From Phycisphaerales bacterium (GTDB lineage Bacteria > Planctomycetota > Phycisphaerae > Phycisphaerales > UBA1924): a DNA stretch of 64,000 bases. The stretch is from NCBI GenBank assembly GCA_965228605.1, contig OZ245825.1, positions 735,621 through 799,620 of the forward strand, in the 5' to 3' direction. The position numbers were made by a program, and so were the translations under genes. The notes beneath the pieces are model-generated. The model did not search any database. It was not told the origin of the DNA and saw nothing but the letters and a program-made list of their open reading frames with translations. This document shows, one piece after another, positions 21,123 through 31,421 of this stretch. Numbering within the stretch: position 1 is the first letter of the stretch; every line of letters begins with the position of its first letter.

Positions 21123-22082
21123 CTACTCCCGTTCGGGTTGAGGCGCGCCCACGACCACGACCGCGCCGGGCTCGGCGGGCAGCACGCGCCACCCCTCGCT
21201 CCCCGCCGCGTTCTCGAGCCGCCGCATAGGCTCATCCACGGGCTCGTCGGAGAGTTCGAAGGTCGAGTGGTGGATCGGGAGCAGGTAGCGCCCGTCGGCC
21301 TGCTCGAACATCCGCCAGACCTGCTCGGGAGTCGCGTGCATGTGCTCCCATGGGTCGTACGCGCCGATCCCGAAGGCGGCCAGATCGACCGGGCCAAGCC
21401 CCGCGAACGCGTCGGTGGCCGCGGTGTCGCCCGCGAAGAGCACCCGCGACTCCTGATCAGCCACCAGGAAACTGCACACGCCGCGCCGGCGATCGACGAT
21501 CCTGCGGGCGCCCCAATGGCGCGGTTCAATCGCGGCAATCGTGAGCCCGCCAGACGCGACATCGCGGCCCGTGCGCAACTCATCGACCTGCCCGAACCCA
21601 CGGGGTATGAGCCGCCCGCACCCCTCGGGCGTGATCACCCACGTGTCCGGGCTTGCCATCGCGCTGAGCGTCGGGCGGTCGAGGTGATCGAAGTGGGCAT
21701 GGGTGATGAGCAGGACGTTCACCCCTCTGATCGCGCCCGGCCCGAGCGGGGCCGGGGTGAGGCGATGCAGCCCGAGCGTCCGCCCGATGAGACGCGGCCC
21801 GATCCGATCGGACAGCACCGGGTCCACGACGATCGACGTGTCGCCGATGCGGGCCAGCACGCCGGCATGCCCAAGCCACGCCGCGGCAAGCGCGTGCTCC
21901 TCCAGCGCGGGGGCTGGGCTGACACCGCCATCCGCGCCCGTCGCGGCGGGCCCAATGAGCGACCGGAGCAGCGCCGGTGGGTACCGGCGGACGCCCGAGC
22001 GCAGCGCGCGAGCGGTGCGCCGCAGGCGCGCGGAAGGCCCACGGGCATCGCGGCGCGCGTCGTGGGGGTCGGGTCGGGGCAT
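21123..22082 (-). CDS. MBL-fold metallo-hydrolase
   Basis: HxHxDH motif (ITHAHFDHLD) and downstream His/Asp ligands. Confidence 0.7.
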   Translation of the reverse strand: MPRPDPHDARRDARGPSARLRRTARALRSGVRRYPPALLRSLIGPAATGADGGVSPAPALEEHALAAAWLGHAGVLARIGDTSIVVDPVLSDRIGPRLIGRTLGLHRLTPAPLGPGAIRGVNVLLITHAHFDHLDRPTLSAMASPDTWVITPEGCGRLIPRGFGQVDELRTGRDVASGGLTIAAIEPRHWGARRIVDRRRGVCSFLVADQESRVLFAGDTAATDAFAGLGPVDLAAFGIGAYDPWEHMHATPEQVWRMFEQADGRYLLPIHHSTFELSDEPVDEPMRRLENAAGSEGWRVLPAEPGAVVVVGAPQPERE

Positions 22083-22140
22083 CGGGCGATGCTAGGATGG
22101 ACCCGCTCTCGATGGTTGGAGTCGAAGGGGTGTGTCGGCC

Positions 22141-23595
<1,455 letters not shown>

Positions 23596-23698
23596 CGATC
23601 GCCGATAGCCTTCGCCCGGTTCGCAATAGGCCACGCCCTTCGTTCGTTGAGGATGTCGGCGGGGCAACGCCCCCGGTCCCTGGAAAGGAGCCCCCACG

Positions 23699-24325
23699 AT
23701 GCGCCGGAAGTTCATCCCAACGTTGGCCGCCTCAGCGGTGATCGCCGCTCTGGGCGCCTGTCAAACGAGCGCCCCCGTGGGCAACTCGGGCGGGCGCGTC
23801 GACCCCTACCGCCAGACGACCGCCGATCGGACAAGCCCCGAGGTCAGCTCCGTCACCCTCCTCGAGTTCGCTGACCAGGTTTCGCAGGCGCTCTCGGCCC
23901 GCCTCGCGACCGTCCCCGACATCTCGAACCGCCCGGCCAAAGTCGCCCTCGAGATGGGTTCGATCAAGAACGACACCTCGACGCCGTCCTCCGACTTCCA
24001 CCTGATCCGGCGCAAGATCTTCCTGGGCATGGTCAACAACCAACTCATCACCCAGCACGCCGACATCTTCGAGCAGCCCGAGCGCATGGACGCCCAGGCG
24101 GAACGCTTCGGCGGCGGCAGCAAGACCGACCTCTTTGACGACGGCCACCCCACAGCGGCCACCGCCCGCTACGCCCTGAGCGATACGTACCTCCTCGAAG
24201 GCACGTTTGGCGAGATCAAGCGAGGCCCATCCCAGAGCACCTACCTCTTCGACTGCACTGTCACCAACCTCGCGTCCCGCAAGATCGTGTTCGCAGAGCA
24301 GTTCACCTCGAAGGAACTCCGCTAG
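23699..24325 (+). CDS. Lipoprotein, LpoB-like (penicillin-binding protein activator-like)
   Basis: Lipobox AALGAC, RBS AAAGGAG. The C-terminal domain resembles LpoB/COG3417. Confidence 0.45.
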   Translation: MRRKFIPTLAASAVIAALGACQTSAPVGNSGGRVDPYRQTTADRTSPEVSSVTLLEFADQVSQALSARLATVPDISNRPAKVALEMGSIKNDTSTPSSDFHLIRRKIFLGMVNNQLITQHADIFEQPERMDAQAERFGGGSKTDLFDDGHPTAATARYALSDTYLLEGTFGEIKRGPSQSTYLFDCTVTNLASRKIVFAEQFTSKELR

Positions 24326-24345
24326 CGCCCGAGGGGAGCCCACGC

Positions 24346-24948
24346 ATGCCCCGACGACGCCCGTTGGCGACGCTCTCCGCGCTGGTGGCGATGTGCTGCG
24401 CCCTCTTGGCCCTCCCCGCGTGTCAATCAAGCGGGCGGGCTTCGGGATGGGGCGCTGGACGCACCACCGTCTACACGCCCGAGGACATGAACGAGATCGC
24501 GGACGCGGCCCGCCAGGACCTCTCGGCGAGCGACTTCCTCACCACGCGCACCCCCGCCTCGCCACGCGTCGTGCTCCAGCCCGCCAGCGTGCGCAACGTC
24601 TCTTCCGAACGCATCGACCGCGCCGACCAGTGGGCGGCGCTGACCCGCGTGCTCTACGCGCCGGGCATGCTTGACCGCTTCCGCGCCGCGAACATCGACG
24701 TCGTCACCCCCGAAGCCGTGCGCGACCACGAAGCGGGACAGCCATGGGCGGGTGATGCGCCGACCCACGCGCTCAACTGCACGTTCGCCTCCGTGAAACG
24801 GGCGGGCAGCGCCTCGCTGGGACCCGCAGACGACCGCAAGGACGTGTTCAACGTGGACTACAACATCGTCGACCTGCGCACGCGCGACACCGTGTGGACC
24901 ACCACCGTCACGATCGCGCGCACCGCGAAGGGACTCCTGGTGGACTGA
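24346..24948 (+). CDS. Lipoprotein, paralogous to the upstream LpoB-like gene
   Basis: Lipobox LALPAC. Similar length and architecture to the 23699..24325 gene. Confidence 0.45.
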   Translation: MPRRRPLATLSALVAMCCALLALPACQSSGRASGWGAGRTTVYTPEDMNEIADAARQDLSASDFLTTRTPASPRVVLQPASVRNVSSERIDRADQWAALTRVLYAPGMLDRFRAANIDVVTPEAVRDHEAGQPWAGDAPTHALNCTFASVKRAGSASLGPADDRKDVFNVDYNIVDLRTRDTVWTTTVTIARTAKGLLVD

Positions 24949-26606
24949 TGGGAACCGCGCTGCGCCCATCTTGTGCGGACGCAGGGTCGGCGCGACGCGA
25001 GAGCGCCGATCCGCACCCCCATGGGCTTGCCTGGATCACCCTCCTCGCGTGCGCGACCCTGCTTGCCGCTTGTTCCTCCACCCCTTCCCACCAGACCACC
25101 CTCTCCCTCATCGCCGAGGGTGAGTACGGCAAGGCCCGCGCCCGCGCCATCGAGACCGCCCCCTCGAGCCCCAACGACAAGCATTACATCCTCGCCCGCC
25201 AACGCTACGCCCTCCTCGCCCTCGCAGATGGCATCCCGTTCGCCGCCGAGGCGAGCTTCGACCAGACATACGACTTCCTGCGCACGCAGGGCATCAACAA
25301 GGGCACGAAGGGCGCCACTGTCGTGCTGGGCGAGGCCGCGTCGCGCACGTGGAAGGGAGAGGCGTACGAGCAGGCGATGGCCTACGCGTACGTCGCCGCG
25401 CACGACGGCGCGCGCGCCGATTGGGGCAACGTGCGGGCCGTCGCGGATAACTCGCTTCTCCTCGTCCGCGACTTCTCGCCCGACGCGGCGGGCGAGACGA
25501 AGGTCGCGCCGTCCGACTTCGAGCTCGGCTACGCCCTCCGCGCCATCGCGGAGGACCAGTTGGGCCTCGCCGATCAGCGCGACGAGACGCTTGATGACCT
25601 CGTCGCCCTCGCGCCGCGTCTGGAGGGGTTTGCGCATCAGCTCCGCGCCCGCGACTACAACGCGGTCCTGATGGTCGACTACGGGCTCGCCCCCGAGCGC
25701 TACGCGGGCGGGCGCGACGGCGTCGAGCCGCGCTACCGCCCACGCACGCGCTCGGGCGACGAGCCGCTCAAGGTGAGCGTCGACGGGCGCGAGGTCGTCA
25801 GCGCACCCGTCACCACCGATGTCAACCGCCTCGCGGAGGACGTGCGATGGAACGGCCTGCAGTCACTCCGCAGCGCCAAGAGCGCCGTGGGCGATGCGCT
25901 GATCATCGGCGGCGGCATCACCGCGGCATCGTCCGACGACGAGATCTTCCAGATCGCCGGGCTGGGTGCGGTGCTCGTTGGCGCGCTCACCAAGGCGACC
26001 TCATCGGTCGACACCACCCACCTCGAGACACTCCCGCAGCGCACCTACATCGCGCTGGTCAATCTCGATAGCCAGCGCGGGAGCCAGGTCGAACTGTCGA
26101 TCCCGGGGCGTGCGCGCATCATCCTCCCAATCGTGCCGGGGAGCCCAGCCCACGGCGCGGCGCCACTCCACTATGTCCGCCTCGCCTCCCAACAGGGCGG
26201 GTGGGCCGATGCCCGGGCGGTCCGATTCGCGAATGACGCCACGGGTCCCCTCGCGACCCCGACCCTCCCATGGGTGCTGGGTGGCCGCTGCGTCCGCACG
26301 CCCACTGACGCGCTCATGAGCGAGTACCACGCCGCGGGCCTGCCCCGCGCGGTCACCCTTGACGACCTGCTCAGCGCCTATCGCGAAGAGGGCATTGAGA
26401 TCGTCACACCAAGCTCGGGCGGCGCGGGTCCCGTCGGTCGCCATGTCCTCGAAGGCGGGCGCTTCCTCTTCACCCCGGACCCCGCCAGCGCGGGCTTCGT
26501 GCGCCTCTTCGCCCAGGACCACCCGGGCTACGTCCCCAGATCCAAGGCACTCGGCGCGATCAGGGACGCCATCGCGGCGCCAACAGCGCCGCCCGCCACG
26601 CAATGA
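24948..26606 (+). CDS. Large lipoprotein of unknown function
   Basis: The start overlaps the previous stop (TGATG). Lipobox LLAACSS, helical N-terminal domain. Confidence 0.55.
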   Translation: MGTALRPSCADAGSARRESADPHPHGLAWITLLACATLLAACSSTPSHQTTLSLIAEGEYGKARARAIETAPSSPNDKHYILARQRYALLALADGIPFAAEASFDQTYDFLRTQGINKGTKGATVVLGEAASRTWKGEAYEQAMAYAYVAAHDGARADWGNVRAVADNSLLLVRDFSPDAAGETKVAPSDFELGYALRAIAEDQLGLADQRDETLDDLVALAPRLEGFAHQLRARDYNAVLMVDYGLAPERYAGGRDGVEPRYRPRTRSGDEPLKVSVDGREVVSAPVTTDVNRLAEDVRWNGLQSLRSAKSAVGDALIIGGGITAASSDDEIFQIAGLGAVLVGALTKATSSVDTTHLETLPQRTYIALVNLDSQRGSQVELSIPGRARIILPIVPGSPAHGAAPLHYVRLASQQGGWADARAVRFANDATGPLATPTLPWVLGGRCVRTPTDALMSEYHAAGLPRAVTLDDLLSAYREEGIEIVTPSSGGAGPVGRHVLEGGRFLFTPDPASAGFVRLFAQDHPGYVPRSKALGAIRDAIAAPTAPPATQ

Positions 26607-26652
26607 AACCCCGACTCGCACGTTCACCCCCCGAGCAGAAGGAACCAGCACC

Positions 26653-27078
26653 ATGTCCGCGAAGCGCTCCATCCTCACCATCGCATCACTCGCCGCGACG
26701 ATTGCGCTCGGCGCGTGCCAATCCAAGCCTGTCGGTGTGTCCCCCGGCGCGGGAGACCCCGTCGCCGCGGGCGACTACCCCCATGTGTCGGTTGAGCCGG
26801 CGCTGAGCAAGTTCATCGCGGTGAGCTACGACGCCATCGTGGCCACACCGCCCACGGGCAGCACGCCACTGACCGTGCAGGTGCCTATCCGCTCGACGGC
26901 CGGGAACCAGTACCTCATCCAGCACCGATTCACCTGGTACGACGGCAACGGCCTGCAGACGGGCCAGACCGCGTGGACCATGCTCGCCATGGAGCCCGCG
27001 ATGCGCCGCACCATCCGCGCCAACGCCAACGATGCAATGTCCGAGCGCTGGCTCCTCGAAATCCGTTCATCGCGCTGA
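26653..27078 (+). CDS. Small lipoprotein (YcfL/DUF1425-like)
   Basis: Lipobox ALGAC. About 140 aa beta-rich protein. Co-occurrence with LpoB-like genes mirrors the enterobacterial ycfL-lpoB neighbourhood. Confidence 0.45.
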   Translation: MSAKRSILTIASLAATIALGACQSKPVGVSPGAGDPVAAGDYPHVSVEPALSKFIAVSYDAIVATPPTGSTPLTVQVPIRSTAGNQYLIQHRFTWYDGNGLQTGQTAWTMLAMEPAMRRTIRANANDAMSERWLLEIRSSR

Positions 27079-27108
27079 CCAGCGCACACTTTCCCAAGGG
27101 GTGGACCC

Positions 27109-28404
27109 ATGACGAACAACATCACCCGAGTCGCACGCGCCTTCGCTGGGCTGGGCCTCCTCGCCACGAGCGCCCTTGGGCAGTGGGGGGGCAAGCCCGG
27201 CCCCACGCCCGTTACCCAAGACGCGCTCGCCACGCCCAACATCGCGGGGTGGGCCAACGCGTACCGCGCCTGGAACCACCCACGCATCCTCGTGCTCTCG
27301 GGGTGGTCGACCTCCGCCCACGCCGCGGACTCGCCCGCAGACCTGCTGTTCAACACCGATGAGTCGGGCATGAGCCACCAGCTCAAGGCGGCCTTCGAGA
27401 TGGTGGTGAATGCGCCCGAAGCCGATGTGTTCCTGGTCGACGCCAACCAGGCCAACGCCGCGGCGACGCGGCTCCGTGCGGCTCTCGAAGCCAACAGCGA
27501 GCGCGACGCCGTCGCGTCGCTCGCCCGCGAGCTCGATGCGGAGCTCGTCGTCGTGCTCCGCCTGCTCGACTACAACGAGGCGGGCGATGCGCCGGGGCGG
27601 GTCATCGCACAAGCGATCGATGCCGCGTCGGCGCGCACGCTCTGGACCCTGCCGTTCCAATGGAAGGGCGACGGCTCGGCGCGCAACATCCGCGTCTACG
27701 GCGAGCAGCTCGCCGCTCGCTTCATCGACGAGTACGCCGTACGCTCGCTCCGCGCCCAGCGGTACACCGTCCGCCTGCTCGGCGCATCGGATGATCCCGG
27801 CGTGGTCCGTGCAGTCCGCGACCACCTGCGCCAGATCCCCGGCGTGACGGGCATCGTCGAGCGCTACGCCGCCGCGGCGCCGTCTGGCACGGGCTCACCG
27901 GGTGGTGCGATGACGCTCGAGGTGCAGTTCGCTGGCGGCTTCCTCGACCTCCAGGCCGGGATCGCCGACCGCCTCTATGACTTCGATGCGGGCGGCGCTC
28001 GCATCATCGATGCCGCGGGCACCACCATCACGCTCGATGTGATCCCGGGTGACGGCCACCCTCACGCATCTCCCATGGGGAATGGGGTCGGCGTGAAGGG
28101 TGATGCGGACGGGCTGATCGAGGTCATCATCGAGGGCCTCGCGAGCGCGGACCAGCTCGAGGAATTCACGCGTGCCGTGCGCACGCGGGGCGAACTCGGT
28201 TCTCCCATCTCGATCGCGGACCTCGTCGGCTTCACGGGGGGGGTCGATGGGGCACCGGGCTCGGCACGGCTGGTCCTTGCGCACGACGCGCCGTTCGAGC
28301 GCGTCTTGACTGAACTCCGCTCTATCGAGGGCGAACTCGCCTACGCGATCGAGATCGAGCACCTGGATCGCCAGTCGATCGTCCTGCGCGCACGCACACG
28401 GTGA
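27109..28404 (+). CDS. Secreted hypothetical protein
   Basis: Signal peptide AFAGLGLLATSALG. Coherent 431-aa ORF. Confidence 0.55.
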   Translation: MTNNITRVARAFAGLGLLATSALGQWGGKPGPTPVTQDALATPNIAGWANAYRAWNHPRILVLSGWSTSAHAADSPADLLFNTDESGMSHQLKAAFEMVVNAPEADVFLVDANQANAAATRLRAALEANSERDAVASLARELDAELVVVLRLLDYNEAGDAPGRVIAQAIDAASARTLWTLPFQWKGDGSARNIRVYGEQLAARFIDEYAVRSLRAQRYTVRLLGASDDPGVVRAVRDHLRQIPGVTGIVERYAAAAPSGTGSPGGAMTLEVQFAGGFLDLQAGIADRLYDFDAGGARIIDAAGTTITLDVIPGDGHPHASPMGNGVGVKGDADGLIEVIIEGLASADQLEEFTRAVRTRGELGSPISIADLVGFTGGVDGAPGSARLVLAHDAPFERVLTELRSIEGELAYAIEIEHLDRQSIVLRARTR

Positions 28405-29146
28405 TTCCGTGCGATGGTCCGGCTCGCCGAGAGCAGGGTCTCTCGCGACGCCCGCAAGAAATCAACAGAAAATAGGAACAACCCGTTTGACCCGCGTGAT
28501 GTTAGAAGGCATTATGCGGCCTGCGGGTCGTGGTGACCCGCCTACCCCGTCAATCAGTGAACCGGGGAGGAAACCGATGATCAAGTACGCCAACCACAAT
28601 CCAGTCAACCCAGCGAAGGTCGAACGCTCACTGATGCAACGACCCTGCCGAGGTATCGATCCAGATACGCGGCGCCGGGGCTATCGACTTGGCTTGTTTG
28701 CCGGGTCTGCCTGGCGCTAACCCGCGGAACGATCGTCCCCTTCGAGCATGCTGTGAACACGGGCGGGGTCCCCCCGCCTGGCGTGGCCGCGCCCCACCCG
28801 GCGCTGCACCCACGTGCGCCCTGATCGGCGTGCGCTCGCCCTGACACGTGTTCACACCGCGCCCGTTGGGCCCCGACAGGGGCCGCGCGATCGTTGCGCA
28901 CACATAAGAACCACCTTAGTACGGTCCCGACTGGGCCCGCACGTCACCCATCCTGCGCGCCCGCCGCGCCCGCTCTTTGACAACCGCACACTCGCCACAC
29001 ACACAGACTCACACCGCCCGGCGTGCGCGCCGGCGCGGGGTGAGGCGTGGCGGCGCAGCGCCCCCTGGGATACCACCCACCTCCCGGGCGAGCCCACCGC
29101 TGCGCCCCCCGCACCCCGCGCCGGTTCGCACGCACGGGCGGTCCTC

Positions 29147-29219
29147 AGATCGGTAGCTCAATCGGCAGAGCGGCGGACTCCAAACCCGCTGGTTGAAGGT
29201 TCGACCCCTTCCCGATCTG
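29147..29219 (+). tRNA. tRNA-Trp (CCA)
   Basis: Acceptor AGATCGG/CCGATCT, D-arm GCTC-AATCGGCA-GAGC, anticodon loop CTCCAAA, T-loop TTCGACC. A1-U72 pair. Confidence 0.75.
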
Positions 29220-29240
29220 TTCCTCCTGCATGCCACGCTG

Positions 29241-29313
29241 GATCGATAGCTCAACAGGCAGAGCAGCGGCCTCTGAAGCCGAAGGTTGGAGGTTCGAACC
29301 CTTCTCGATCTGC
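29241..29313 (+). tRNA. tRNA-Gln (CTG)
   Basis: Anticodon loop CTCTGAA, T-arm GGAGG-TTCGAAC-CCTTC. G1-U72 wobble. Confidence 0.75.
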
Positions 29314-29332
29314 TTCTCCATCGCACTTCGTG

Positions 29333-29405
29333 GATCGGTAGCTCAATCGGCAGAGCGCTGGCCTGTTAAGCCGGAGGCTGGAGGTTCGAGCCCTCCCCGT
29401 TCCGT
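29333..29405 (+). tRNA. tRNA-Asn (GTT)
   Basis: Anticodon loop CTGTTAA. One U-U mismatch in the acceptor stem. Confidence 0.7.
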
Positions 29406-29427
29406 TCGCGTTGGCAACGCATCCATA

Positions 29428-29500
29428 CACCGGTAGTTCAATCGGAAGAGCACGCGTCTACGAAGCGCGGAGTTGGGGGTTCGAATCCCTCCCGGTGTGC
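29428..29500 (+). tRNA. tRNA-Arg (ACG)
   Basis: Acceptor ACACCGG/CCGGTGT (A1-U72), anticodon loop CTACGAA. Confidence 0.75.
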
Positions 29501-29521
29501 TTGCTCCTCTCTCCTCACGTG

Positions 29522-29595
29522 GCCCCATAGCTCAATCGCGCAGAGCACCCGCCTGTCCAGCGGGAGGTTGCCGGTTCAAGTCCGGTTGGGGCCGT
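29522..29595 (+). tRNA. tRNA-Asp (GTC)
   Basis: Perfect acceptor GGCCCCA/TGGGGCC, anticodon loop CTGTCCA, T-loop TTCAAGT. Confidence 0.8.
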
Positions 29596-29656
29596 TGGCA
29601 CCACTTCGTCTCTCCGTCTCTCCGGTCTCTCCGGTCGCTCCGTCTCCTCCCCATCG

Positions 29657-29731
29657 CGTCAGTAGCTCAGCGGCACCAGAGCGCCGGCACGCCATGTCGG
29701 AGGCCGCGGGTTCGAATCCCGCCTGACGCTT
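29657..29731 (+). tRNA. tRNA-like, probable tRNA-Gly (GCC) with atypical anticodon loop ACGCCAT (C at position 33)
   Basis: Good acceptor GCGTCAG/CTGACGC with U73. T-arm GCGGG-TTCGAAT-CCCGC. Anticodon stem CCGGC/GTCGG, but the loop lacks U33. Confidence 0.55.
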
Positions 29732-29740
29732 TGCGGGTCT

Positions 29741-29813
29741 GGACCGTAGCTCAGTGGCCAGAGCGCCCGCCTGATAAGCGGGAAGTCGGCGGTTCGATCC
29801 CGCCCGGTCCAAT
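29741..29813 (+). tRNA. tRNA-Ile (GAT)
   Basis: Anticodon loop CTGATAA. Acceptor TGGACCG/CGGTCCA (U1-A72). Confidence 0.7.
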
Positions 29814-29819
29814 TCGACA

Positions 29820-29892
29820 GGCCCGTAGCTCAGCAGGCAGAGCGCTCGTCTTACACACGAGAAGTCGTCGGTTCGACCCCGACCGGGCCTCC
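29820..29892 (+). tRNA. tRNA-Val (TAC)
   Basis: Anticodon loop CTTACAC. Acceptor AGGCCCG/CGGGCCT (A1-U72). Confidence 0.75.
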
Positions 29893-29943
29893 TTGTCTCA
29901 TCGTTCACTTTGTCTCTCAGTCTCTTCGTCTCTTCCCACCATG

Positions 29944-30017
29944 GTGATGGTGGCCCAACAGGTCAGGGCACTCGGTTGTGAGCCGAGCGGTGCGGGTTCG
30001 AGTCCCGTCCATCACCC
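29944..30017 (+). tRNA. tRNA-His (GTG) with encoded G-1
   Basis: Extra 5' G pairing with the C73 discriminator. Anticodon loop TTGTGAG. 4-nt variable loop. Confidence 0.8.
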
Positions 30018-30032
30018 TTCACAACTCTCCCG

Positions 30033-30105
30033 GCGGGATGGAGCAGCGGAGTGCTCGCCGGCCTCATAAGCCGGAGGTCGTGGGTTCGAATCCCACTCCC
30101 GCTAC
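30033..30105 (+). tRNA. tRNA-Met (CAT), elongator-type (or tRNA-Ile2 precursor)
   Basis: Anticodon loop CTCATAA. The anticodon stem lacks the three G-C pairs typical of initiators. Confidence 0.7.
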
Positions 30106-30220
30106 TTCGGGCGTCGCAACGGCAGATCGGAAGACCGGCGACGTGGCAAGTCCGGGGCGCAATCGCGCCGGATCTGACGCGTTGCTCTCTGTCGCTCTGC
30201 GGCCGTGCGCGCCCGCCCCA

Positions 30221-30294
30221 GGTGCGGTAGCTCAACAGGTAGAGCGGCAGCGTGAAATGCTGCGTCGTTGGGGGTTCGAACCCCTCCCGCGCCA
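30221..30294 (+). tRNA. tRNA-Phe (GAA)
   Basis: Anticodon loop GTGAAAT. D-arm GCTC-AACAGGTA-GAGC. G3-U70 wobble. Confidence 0.75.
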
Positions 30295-30331
30295 TTCGTT
30301 GGTTCTCTTTCCACTCACGAGGAGTCATCCC

Positions 30332-30529
30332 ATGACCCAGACAAGGCGATTCGTTTCGAGGATGCGCCCCGATGGCACCAATTGGGGCGCATGGGACCGC
30401 AAGCAGAACACATGGTGGGGGCCCACATGCACCGAGCCCCCCGTCGAGCTCGCGGATTACCTGAACAGCGGCGAGCGCGCTCAACGGCGCCTCCAGGTCC
30501 TGGTGCGCCGCTACGCGGTGCGCAAGTGA
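30332..30529 (+). CDS. Small hypothetical protein (65 aa, Trp-rich) embedded in the tRNA array
   Basis: Strong RBS GAGGAG 8 nt upstream of ATG 30332. The ORF ends just before the Ala-like tRNA. Confidence 0.4.
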   Translation: MTQTRRFVSRMRPDGTNWGAWDRKQNTWWGPTCTEPPVELADYLNSGERAQRRLQVLVRRYAVRK

Positions 30530-30573
30530 CCGCCGCAACCCCCGGCGCGCCACCCCACGGTGCGCCGGCCATT

Positions 30574-30644
30574 GGGCGCGACGCCAACGGGGGCGGGCCG
30601 GCCTTGCAAGCCGGTTGCGGAGGGTTCGATCCCCTCCGCGTCCA
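30574..30644 (+). tRNA. tRNA-Ala (TGC)-like with G3:U70 but a shortened/atypical D-arm (possible pseudogene)
   Basis: Acceptor GGGCGCG/CGCGTCC with G3-U70. Anticodon arm CCGGC-CTTGCAA-GCCGG. T-arm GAGGG-TTCGATC-CCCTC. Only 71 nt, and the D region does not fold canonically. Confidence 0.45.
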
Positions 30645-30837
30645 CTTACGGAAGCAGCGAATGGCGGAACAGCGAAGCAGCAAAGCCGAAGGTTCAAGTG
30701 CCCACAGTCGCTGCTTTGTTGCTCCGCTGCTTTGCTGTTCCTCCCAGCCCACTCCGCATCGTCCGGCGGCACGCACGCCTTCGCCACGCGATCAGGCGCG
30801 CGCGTTCCGAGACAACGGGTTCGAGCGGTGCATCGTG

Positions 30838-31000
30838 GAACGCTTGTAGCTCAGTTTGGTAGAGCGACGGATTACACCTCCGTTAGTCGCCGGTTCGAGT
30901 CCGGCCAAGCCCTCTGGATAAGGACGTGACCCACGTCTGGGGTTCGAATCCCCCCGGCTCTGGATAGAGCACCAGTATCCACACTGGAATGTGAGTGAGT
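30838..31000 (+). pseudogene. Cluster of degenerate tRNA-derived segments: a Val(TAC)-like pseudo-tRNA, a 3' two-thirds class-II Ser(GGA)-like fragment, and a D-arm plus anticodon-arm fragment
   Basis: 30841-30910 has D-arm GCTC-AGTTTGGTA-GAGC, loop TTACACC, a T-arm, and only a 5-bp acceptor. 30909-30956 has CTGGATA loop, GACGTG-ACC-CACGTC hairpin, TGGGG-TTCGAAT-CCCC. 30956-30990 has GCTC-TGGATA-GAGC then CCAGT-ATCCACA-CTGG with no T-arm. CTCTGGATA is duplicated. Confidence 0.5.
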
Positions 31001-31421
31001 CGAGGGACACGATCCACGATCGGTCCACGCCCCCTCCGCCGACGCGGCTGCGCCGTGTGCGCACCAGCCGACGCGGAGGAACGGCGCCGCCCGATCCGGC
31101 CCGCGGCCGCGCAGATACCGCGCGAGCACAGCGCCCCGCCCTGCCCCAACTCGTCACCCGCCACCGCGCCGGCTCCCCGAGCCAGCGCGGGGCACGTGCG
31201 ACACGGGCAGGGGCCGACGCTCCCTGCCCGCGCTCAAGCGCCGCCCCGCCGGTGACGCGGGGACCCATCGATGGCTCATCTCTCGGCTCGCATTTCAAAC
31301 GAGTTGGGCGGGCTTCGAGCCCGCCTCCCACTCACCCTGTCTCTCCGTTTCGTCTCGCAGCCCGCCGACGGTCGGCGGGCGCCTCCTCGTCATGTCCCCA
31401 GACCAGCAAGGAAACACACCC

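Noticed and set aside
30905-30965. tmRNA 3' tRNA-like domain (GGGGTTCGAATCCCCCCGGCTC)
   Set aside because: No matching 5' acceptor partner or resume-codon/tag-peptide region. It is better explained as a tRNA fragment.
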